64,000 nt of DNA from positions 248,001 through 312,000 of the IMG/VR virus record IMGVR_UViG_3300028394_002328; one strand, given 5' to 3'. Positions 57,036-64,000 of the stretch are shown here, piece by piece. Made by a program: the position numbers and the translations under genes. The notes under the pieces are model-generated. The model was not told the origin of the DNA. It worked only from the letters and a program-made list of their open reading frames with translations, and made no database searches. Position 1 is the stretch's first letter. Each line of letters opens with the position of its first letter.

Positions 57036-57117
57036 GTGCTGGTTACGAGCGTCCAGCGATCCCTCTATCTTGGGCCCGTTTTAAACAAACTACTAAACCA
57101 GCGTTTTGCGCTGGTAA

Positions 57118-57759
57118 TTACTTTCCCAATAAACTATCAACCTTCGCTTCAGCAACATTCAACCGATGCTCAATATCATCTAGTGCAGGATCTGCTGGAG
57201 CGGAAACTGCTTCAAATATTTGTTGATGAACTTCAGAATTAACTGCTTCTCCTGTTGCTGTTGAAACAATATGAGCTACCGCAGCGGCAATTTCTTCTGT
57301 ACCTGCAGTTGGTGCAGGCATTTCAGCAACTGCTGCTGTAATAGCGGCTGTAATTGCTTCAGGGTCTGTGACAACTTCAGGCTCTGCTGTAACAACTGCT
57401 AGTACCGCTGCTTTTACAATATCAGCAACTTCAGGGTTAACAATTGCATCTGCTTCGTGTTGAGCAGCTACTACATCGCCAACAATGCCTGCGGCTTCTG
57501 CATGGTCAGCACTTGGTGAAAGTGCTAGTACATCTTCAACAGAAACTGGTGCTTCATCAGCTACGGAATAAACAATGGCGTCAATATGGCTCTCAGTTTT
57601 TTCAGCGATCAAATGATCAACTTGAACTTCAACAACTGACAATCTGGTGTCTAGTTCTTCAATGCTTGTGGCATAATCTGTGTTAACTTCTGTGCCAGTT
57701 AGTGTTGCTAACTTAGCTTCTACTGCTACTAATCTTGCGGCTAAATCTTGTAATCTCAT
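57118..57759 (-). CDS. acidic Ala/Val-rich coiled-coil protein
   Basis: Start moved to 57759 (AAGGAG SD); three LxxRLxxxExxx repeats. Confidence 0.75.
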   Translation of the reverse strand: MRLQDLAARLVAVEAKLATLTGTEVNTDYATSIEELDTRLSVVEVQVDHLIAEKTESHIDAIVYSVADEAPVSVEDVLALSPSADHAEAAGIVGDVVAAQHEADAIVNPEVADIVKAAVLAVVTAEPEVVTDPEAITAAITAAVAEMPAPTAGTEEIAAAVAHIVSTATGEAVNSEVHQQIFEAVSAPADPALDDIEHRLNVAEAKVDSLLGK

Positions 57760-57805
57760 GGGTTGCTCCTTTAGGTTAGGTGAGTGAATCATGTCCACTC
57801 ACCCT

Positions 57806-57840
57806 TATTTAACTGCTACTATATTAAAGTATTATTACAA
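57806..57840 (-). promoter_or_regulatory. Pho-box-like repeat plus TAAATA promoter
   Basis: TGTAAT-N5-TTTAAT-N11-TAAATA. Confidence 0.6.
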
Positions 57841-57844
57841 AATA

Positions 57845-59419
57845 TCAGAAACTCAATAATAGTAGCTGTCCACCTTCAATTAATTCAGCAGCATTAGCAC
57901 CAGTTGCTGCTTTGTGATTTTGATCAACCAATAAGAAGTAACGCTTGCCATCAGTACGACCTAAGATACTGGTGATTTCAATGATACCACTGGATTCTTC
58001 GTCATTGGTCTCAGTTCCAACAACACCTGTGTAATAATCACCAAACAGCTTCTCATCATGTTGAGCAAGTAGTGTTAGTGCCTTGGTAACAGGATTGTAT
58101 CTCCAAATCTTACCATTGTGATTGTTACCACCCACATCTTCTTGTAGAATGATTGTGCCATCGCTAGCAACAGTCATGTTGTCAAACATCTGTGTGCCAT
58201 GAACACGACCGGCAACAGTAACTGTTTCAGTACCATCGAGCACCATTTCAAGGATACCACCCGATTCAGGACGGGTTAAATCAGTAAATGTCATGCTCCA
58301 AAGGCGTGTGCGACCAACTTGAGCAGTATTAGTAATACTGGTATTGATCTTGCCCCCGGTGTTGTCTTTAGCAGCATCTACTGTGTTGGTTGTTACAAAG
58401 TAGTAGCGGTTCTTGTTAACTGTATCCCAAGCACCATCTTCTGGACGCAAGAAACTTGTACCAGCAACACCAGTTACAGGAACATTGGGAACAAAACTAA
58501 ATGTAGCAGTCTTGTTGACTAGTCCTAAACCAGCATCAGTAGCAGTGGTTTCATTAGCAGCAACACCACCAACATTGACCACAGCACGATACAGCGTACC
58601 ATTGGTTAGGCCTGCTTTATCAACTTCAGTAGCACCAGTCTTGTTCTTAGTGCCGACATACATATAAACACCATTGCTGCCACTGTCGCTATTGGCCATA
58701 ACAATGGTCTTATCGCCGCTGTTAGGATGTGCGATTAGATTTTCCCAGCCTACACCAAATGTGGTAAATCCACCAAAGTGTGGGAGAATGTATGCTTTGC
58801 CTTTGTCTGCTCCACTAGCCACAATAGCAACACCCCGACCCATTGTAACAGTACCGTTAGCGGTTTCTTCACCAGTCATAAACATTTTAACCGAAGAACC
58901 ATTGCCTGTTGCTGAGTTGAAGAAAGCGCCGGCTGCTGGTAGATCGGCTGAACAGAAACGCTGAAATGCTACAGCAGTTTGCTCGGCCCAAGCACCATTG
59001 ACCTGTGCATAAACTTTTTTCATTAGGTCACTACCGCTCTTGACCTGTAGAGTAGTTTTATCAATAACCCACTCACTAACAAAAGCACCAATACCACCAT
59101 GAGCACGGGCAATACCAACAGTGTTGGCCAGTTCATGAGCCATTAGCACGGTGAATGTGTTGTCACCATTGTCGTAAGCACCTAGCCCATCCGGGATACC
59201 TACCATGCGATAAGTGCCAACAGCGTCACCAACGGTTAAGATACTGGCAACTTTTACGCTGCTGTCAATTGGTGTGATATAAGGATCTGCTGAACTACTA
59301 GTTGCTTTGCCTGATGTAAAACCAGTAACTTCTTTGGGTGCTGCTACAGTGGTGTCATCGCTACCACATGCTGTTAATAGAGCCGTTGCTACGGCTACTG
59401 CTAGAACGGTATATTTCAT
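57845..59419 (-). CDS. PhoX-like alkaline phosphatase lipoprotein
   Basis: Lipobox LTAC; PDGLG, HE, RFCS, GEE, WEN, RPED, DN, QED, ESSG. Confidence 0.75.
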   Translation of the reverse strand: MKYTVLAVAVATALLTACGSDDTTVAAPKEVTGFTSGKATSSSADPYITPIDSSVKVASILTVGDAVGTYRMVGIPDGLGAYDNGDNTFTVLMAHELANTVGIARAHGGIGAFVSEWVIDKTTLQVKSGSDLMKKVYAQVNGAWAEQTAVAFQRFCSADLPAAGAFFNSATGNGSSVKMFMTGEETANGTVTMGRGVAIVASGADKGKAYILPHFGGFTTFGVGWENLIAHPNSGDKTIVMANSDSGSNGVYMYVGTKNKTGATEVDKAGLTNGTLYRAVVNVGGVAANETTATDAGLGLVNKTATFSFVPNVPVTGVAGTSFLRPEDGAWDTVNKNRYYFVTTNTVDAAKDNTGGKINTSITNTAQVGRTRLWSMTFTDLTRPESGGILEMVLDGTETVTVAGRVHGTQMFDNMTVASDGTIILQEDVGGNNHNGKIWRYNPVTKALTLLAQHDEKLFGDYYTGVVGTETNDEESSGIIEITSILGRTDGKRYFLLVDQNHKAATGANAAELIEGGQLLLLSF

Positions 59420-59444
59420 TTTAAAACTCCTTTTGTATGTTTGT

Positions 59445-60425
59445 TTATTTGACTAACTTTGCCCAATCGGCACGAACTTGATCCTTAACCTTTTGGGGTA
59501 ATGGAACATAATCTAGGTCTGTAGCGTCCTTGTCACCCTTTGTATAGACCCAATCAAAAAATTTGGTAACTTGTTTTGTTCGCTCTCCAGTAGGATATAT
59601 GAGAATAAATGTAGCGGCAGTAATAGGCCATCCATCTAAATCATTGAGATTAACTGCCATGTTGGGCACTGACCAGTCAGCAGTCTTGGCACTTTCAGCA
59701 AATGTTAAGTCATCTGGTTGAACTACAGCACCTTTGCGGTTCTTCATGGCCACATGAGTTAGTTTGCTCTGTTTAGCAAATGCGTACTCAACATAACCAA
59801 TTGATCCTGCCAGTTGTTGAACGTTGGCAGCAACACCAGCATTGCCCTTACCTGCTGACAAGTTTGTGGGCTTCCAAGTAACTGTTTTACCCGTACCGGT
59901 ACCTGCTTTAAAATCAGGATTTACTTTGCTTAAGTAATCAGTAAACACAGCAGTTGTACCTGATCCATCAGCACGAACCACTACGTTGATAGCAGCATCA
60001 GGTAATGCTAGACTTGGATTGAGTTTTGTAATAGCAGCATCGTTCCACTTGCTGATTTTACCTTGATAAATGTCGGCTAGTGTCTTGCCATCAAGAATCA
60101 TTTTACCTGGCTCAATACCTTTGATATTGATTACAGCAACAACTCCACCGATAACTGATGGGAATTGATATAGCCCAACTTCTTTTAATTTATTGTCTGG
60201 TGTAGGATCATCACTTGCACCAAAATCTACGGTTTTAGCAATGATTTGAGCAACACCACCGCCACTTCCGATTGGATTGTAGTTAACAGTAGTACCAGTT
60301 TCTTTGTTGTAGGCTGCTGCCCATTTTGAATAAATAGGAGCCGGGAAAGTTGCCCCGGCTCCAGTAATCTGTGCTTGTGCAGCAAATGCGGCTGCGGCTA
60401 ATAGAATTCCAACAATTTTCTTCAT
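59445..60425 (-). CDS. pstS: phosphate ABC transporter substrate-binding protein
   Basis: GAGATFPAP, GSGGG, DFGASD, RADGSGTT, IGYVE. Confidence 0.97.
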   Translation of the reverse strand: MKKIVGILLAAAAFAAQAQITGAGATFPAPIYSKWAAAYNKETGTTVNYNPIGSGGGVAQIIAKTVDFGASDDPTPDNKLKEVGLYQFPSVIGGVVAVINIKGIEPGKMILDGKTLADIYQGKISKWNDAAITKLNPSLALPDAAINVVVRADGSGTTAVFTDYLSKVNPDFKAGTGTGKTVTWKPTNLSAGKGNAGVAANVQQLAGSIGYVEYAFAKQSKLTHVAMKNRKGAVVQPDDLTFAESAKTADWSVPNMAVNLNDLDGWPITAATFILIYPTGERTKQVTKFFDWVYTKGDKDATDLDYVPLPQKVKDQVRADWAKLVK

Positions 60426-60463
60426 TTGATTTCCTTTAATAATATGTGCTCTTGCACAATTAT

Positions 60464-60498
60464 TATTTAATAATAATTATGTTACAGGAATATTACAA
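60464..60498 (-). promoter_or_regulatory. Pho-box-like repeat plus TAAATA promoter (pstS-phoX)
   Basis: TGTAAT-N5-TGTAAC-N11-TAAATA. Confidence 0.8.
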
Positions 60499-60529
60499 GG
60501 CGCCCAAAATGAATAATATTTTTAAAACT

Positions 60530-60913
60530 TTATTGAACAGTCCGTTTTGATTTGTAATCTTCTATTGCCGATTTAATCGCATCTTCTGCTAAGATTGAGC
60601 AGTGGATTTTGACTGGCGGGAGAGCGAGTTCTTCCGCAATCTGTGTGTTTCTAATTGTTGCTGCCTCGTCGAGGGTTTTGCCTTTAACCCACTCTGTGAC
60701 AAGACTTGAGCTAGCAATCGCTGACCCGCACCCATACGTTTTAAATCTAGCATCTTCTATTACTCCATTCTCATTTACTTTAATTTGAAGTTTCATCACA
60801 TCTCCGCATGCCGGGGCTCCGACTAGTCCGGTGCCTATTGTATCGTCAATTTCAAATTTTCCAACATTGCGTGGGTTTTCATAATGATCAACTACTTGAG
60901 GTGAATAAGCCAT
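60530..60913 (-). CDS. iscU: Fe-S cluster scaffold
   Basis: DHYENPRNVG, APACGD, YGCGSAIASSS, LPPVKIHCS. Confidence 0.97.
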   Translation of the reverse strand: MAYSPQVVDHYENPRNVGKFEIDDTIGTGLVGAPACGDVMKLQIKVNENGVIEDARFKTYGCGSAIASSSLVTEWVKGKTLDEAATIRNTQIAEELALPPVKIHCSILAEDAIKSAIEDYKSKRTVQ

Positions 60914-60933
60914 GTTGTTCTCCTTTTCTTTAT

Positions 60934-61461
60934 TTAATCGTTTTTATCAGATTCAAAAACTATCCAACCCAATTTAAATAGGTCAGATTTAATCTCTTCT
61001 GTGACTTCACCTTCTCCAACATAGCCTTTTGAACCGTCTTCGTCACCGTTACCAAGGCCACTGCCCATGCCAGAACAATACCAATCCATGTAATCACCCT
61101 GTTGTCTAATATCTGCTACAATTCCACCAGCATATCGCCAACTACAACTCCATTTTTTCTCATTAAGTATAGGCCATACTTCATTCTTTATAAATTCATT
61201 GTTGCACAAGGCAGCATAAAGACTCTGAGCATATCTATCATCTTTGCACTTTTCTGCTATCCAATCAGAAGTTAACAGATCGTACTCCATATTGTTTTCT
61301 TGCCACATAGGATCTAACTCATCCTCTTTTCTTTTTTTAATCATGTTTTCCCACATGTCAAGATATTCTTGATTAGGAGTTTGATTTTCTTCCTTGCATC
61401 GTTTTATATAACTTGTTCGTTGGAAAGAATACTTGTTAGGACTAGAACGAAGTTTAGACAT
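60934..61461 (-). CDS. conserved hypothetical phage protein
   Basis: LYAALCNN...WSCSWR...DYMDWYCSG. Confidence 0.7.
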   Translation of the reverse strand: MSKLRSSPNKYSFQRTSYIKRCKEENQTPNQEYLDMWENMIKKRKEDELDPMWQENNMEYDLLTSDWIAEKCKDDRYAQSLYAALCNNEFIKNEVWPILNEKKWSCSWRYAGGIVADIRQQGDYMDWYCSGMGSGLGNGDEDGSKGYVGEGEVTEEIKSDLFKLGWIVFESDKND

Positions 61462-61776
61462 TTACTTAAAATAGATAAGTACCAATGCCATTGCTTGTAG
61501 CATAAATCCTACACCAATAGTAGCGATATTAAGTAAATCTTTGAGCAAAATAGCACGAAAGAATAACAAACATAGAGCGGACCACAACATCAAAACAACA
61601 TCTACATTGGGTGCTTTGTCAGTTAACCCTGTCATCAAGGCTAAAAACGAAGGTAGTGTAGCCGCATGAAGCGCAATATTAGCTAACCACCCTAGCGTGT
61701 CCGCAGAAATTTTGTGTAACTTAGTGGTAAGAAATTCAATTAAAAATGTATAAAGGTCTACTAACTTGGTCATCAT
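61462..61776 (-). CDS. small multi-pass membrane protein
   Basis: Three TMs. Confidence 0.65.
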   Translation of the reverse strand: MMTKLVDLYTFLIEFLTTKLHKISADTLGWLANIALHAATLPSFLALMTGLTDKAPNVDVVLMLWSALCLLFFRAILLKDLLNIATIGVGFMLQAMALVLIYFK

Positions 61777-62321
61777 GCTTTATCCTTGTAAAAAATATGG
61801 TTACCGATTTTGTTGATTTTTTGATATGGCCATGCCGGGTGAACATATACAGCATGATAATACAATGCATCATGTAAACTGTCAAGTCTAAACCCTTCTA
61901 ACAACACTTTTTTGGCTACCGCATAACTTTCTTTATATGCTTCGTCCGTGGGTTTAGATTTAGTCTTACCTATGCAATACCAGCTAAATTGACATACTAC
62001 TTTTTCCATGATGACGTTCTTTTGGTAAACTACAGCACATACATCTTTAGGAAATCTAGGATCGTCTACACGGTTAAGGGTCACTTGAGCAACCGCAACC
62101 TTACCTTCAAATGATTCCTGAGCCGCTTCTTTGTAAATATTCATAGCCAAACAATCTAATGTTCTGTCTACATTTTTTGCTGACACATATGACCGTGGTT
62201 TGTCCAAAGCAACTTCTTGAACAGAACCAAACTTAAAAGCGGTTACTGCATTAATAAGTACAGCAAGTAATAGCACGCCGAAAATGCTATTAATCGTTCT
62301 GATTGAAAATTCCATTTTCAA
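61773..62321 (-). CDS. SleB/Hydrolase_2 cell wall hydrolase
   Basis: CLAMNIYKEA, VAQVTLNRV, CQFSW, YYHA, IGNHIFY. Confidence 0.9.
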   Translation of the reverse strand: MKMEFSIRTINSIFGVLLLAVLINAVTAFKFGSVQEVALDKPRSYVSAKNVDRTLDCLAMNIYKEAAQESFEGKVAVAQVTLNRVDDPRFPKDVCAVVYQKNVIMEKVVCQFSWYCIGKTKSKPTDEAYKESYAVAKKVLLEGFRLDSLHDALYYHAVYVHPAWPYQKINKIGNHIFYKDKA

Positions 62322-62395
62322 CTCCTTTTAGTAAAAGTAACTCGTTGGATGATTATATCATCCTTTCTATATCCACGCAATAGAAACGGGTTAGG

Positions 62396-64000
62396 TTAGT
62401 CTATCCAACAATCGCAGTTGCACTTGATAACTTCTTCAATTGCATCTGCTACATTGTAGACTGATGGTGACAAAACTGATGCGGTCAATGCCGCATTTAG
62501 ATTTGGTGGAATAATATTGCTGGCATTTGAACCAGCTAGACTTCCTGGTACAGCAGGGCCCCCAATATCAAGAGGCGTACCCTGCGAGCTTGGCCCATTA
62601 GTTATAACTGCAATGGGTTCTAATCCAGCTGGTCCGGCTTCTAAAATCGCAGATACTAACCCGGGTCTAGGGTTAACTGAGGGTTTAGCGATTCCATTGG
62701 CAGTAGAAGTTGTAGGTGATATGATTGGTTGAGCTGGTCCAGTTCCATTCTTAGCTGGCCCTAATAAATTTTTATTATTAGGATTACTTCGTGCTGTATT
62801 TAAAATCTGTTTAATAGGCGATATAGTCTGAGTTGTTGCTAATTTAAATTGAGTAGTATTAGGATCGTAATAGCCAATTGGCTGAGCAGATGAGTTGCTA
62901 GGCAGAGTAAAAGTAGTTGATGGATTATCCATGTCCCCGTTGATACCCGTAACTGTAATTCCCTCTATACCTGTAGGTAGTGTTCCATTAGAAATTAAAA
63001 TTTCTACCTCTTGTTGATCCAATTCACCTGGTATATTATTATCCAATTCTATACCAATCTCTTGTAATCTAGCACCATTTCTTTCCTGTCTCATCATTGC
63101 TACAATACTCTGACCACCAACTGTGGTTAGATCACTGATAGCTTCCAATGTTTGAGCATACATGTGGGGTAACGTACTTTTTGCAATAGTAGGGATCGAG
63201 TCAACAAATACATACTGACTAGTTGGATACAAATTTAACCAAGTATCACGAGTAGGACTAGGTACCGGGGGTATTCCTGTATATCTACTTCGTTGTTCTA
63301 TTGTAAGTTGTGTGCCAAATGCATCATATATAGTATTTAAATCTACGCTAAGTATAGGATTAATAGTTCGTATAACTGCTATCTCTGCATTAGCAGCATC
63401 AATATAATATTGTACTGCTGTATTCATTCCAGGCCATCCTGCACTACCATAAGTAGTTGGAGGATTGGCTATTGTTCCTGTAGGCACTACTACCGTAATA
63501 GGACCAGCTGAAGTTAATGCAACGGAAGTTATTCTGCCGTAAGTAGCTACATCATTGGGATCCGTACCAATAGTAGTACTACCTGTCCCGCCATTACTCA
63601 ATGTAATGCTAGGTGCGGCTGCACCTTCTCTACCATACCCTCCACCTGAATCAACTAGTGTGATTCCTGTAACTGTGTAATTCCCAAACCCATCATTAGT
63701 ATATTGAACAGAAACAGTACCAACTTCCCACGTAACCGCTAGATATAAATTTTTATAAGTGTTGACTAGAGTAGTAGTTTGTAATGATTGAATGCCTGAT
63801 TGAATATCATTCCATGCATATGGTAACCCACTCATACATCCTAAAAAGTCACTCATAGTATATGCGCCATATGGTCCACTTCCTAATGCAACTAAGTTGT
63901 ACGCTGTTGTAGATAAATCAGTATTAGTTGGTACATTTGTACCATTAACTTGATCTAACCCTTTTGTTGTTTCAATATTAAAAACTACTTGAGAAAATTT
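62396..64000 (-). CDS. large probable structural protein, 5'-truncated
   Basis: Frame stays open from 63856 to the window edge. Confidence 0.7.
   Translation of the reverse strand, partial: KFSQVVFNIETTKGLDQVNGTNVPTNTDLSTTAYNLVALGSGPYGAYTMSDFLGCMSGLPYAWNDIQSGIQSLQTTTLVNTYKNLYLAVTWEVGTVSVQYTNDGFGNYTVTGITLVDSGGGYGREGAAAPSITLSNGGTGSTTIGTDPNDVATYGRITSVALTSAGPITVVVPTGTIANPPTTYGSAGWPGMNTAVQYYIDAANAEIAVIRTINPILSVDLNTIYDAFGTQLTIEQRSRYTGIPPVPSPTRDTWLNLYPTSQYVFVDSIPTIAKSTLPHMYAQTLEAISDLTTVGGQSIVAMMRQERNGARLQEIGIELDNNIPGELDQQEVEILISNGTLPTGIEGITVTGINGDMDNPSTTFTLPSNSSAQPIGYYDPNTTQFKLATTQTISPIKQILNTARSNPNNKNLLGPAKNGTGPAQPIISPTTSTANGIAKPSVNPRPGLVSAILEAGPAGLEPIAVITNGPSSQGTPLDIGGPAVPGSLAGSNASNIIPPNLNAALTASVLSPSVYNVADAIEEVIKCNCDCWID

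Noticed and set aside
605-60913. Bacterial chromosome origin
   Set aside because: Host-like genes occur singly outside their normal operons, among phage hypotheticals, fibre genes and T4-like late motifs.
1-64000. Alternative genetic code (stop-codon reassignment)
   Set aside because: Recognisable genes are full length in code 11, all three stops are used, and no suppressor tRNA is present.
1-64000. CRISPR array or cas genes
   Set aside because: No regularly spaced repeat-spacer series. The repeats seen are promoters, tRNAs or coding repeats.

Overview
This is a 64 kb, AT-rich, gene-dense piece of a large (jumbo/huge) tailed-phage genome using the standard genetic code. Host-like genes (FdxA-type ferredoxin, ErpA, IscU, RpoZ, Bug/TctC proteins, a Burkholderiales-type HNH) suggest a proteobacterial, probably betaproteobacterial, host; this is inference. 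Layout: (1) 1-11 kb, small early genes behind near-consensus sigma70 promoters plus clpP, ferredoxin, infA, SOD and erpA; (2) 11-19 kb, tail-fibre-like proteins and a papain-like protease; (3) 19-35.9 kb, a mostly minus-strand region with 19 tRNA genes, a D-armless tRNA-like gene and several unexplained structured RNAs; (4) 23-50 kb, a very AT-rich modification-enzyme island partly interleaved with the tRNAs (radical SAM, 2OG/cupin oxygenase-like, PP-loop, methyltransferase, sulfotransferase-like, desaturase, Bug proteins); (5) 50-55 kb, a secreted/membrane operon with an extreme Asn-rich repeat protein; (6) 55-60.5 kb, a phosphate-starvation module (pstS, phoX-like, plcP-like, agt-like); (7) iscU, an SleB-type hydrolase and a truncated structural gene. 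Best candidates for undescribed biology: a leader-peptide/antiterminator/terminator attenuator at the head of the tRNA region (35692-35848); a phage-encoded PlcP-Agt phospholipid-replacement system; three identically spaced Pho-box + TAAATA hybrid promoters in that module; and widespread apparently leaderless late genes (TAAATA-N4-7-ATG). All family calls come from motif recognition by eye, with no database searches.
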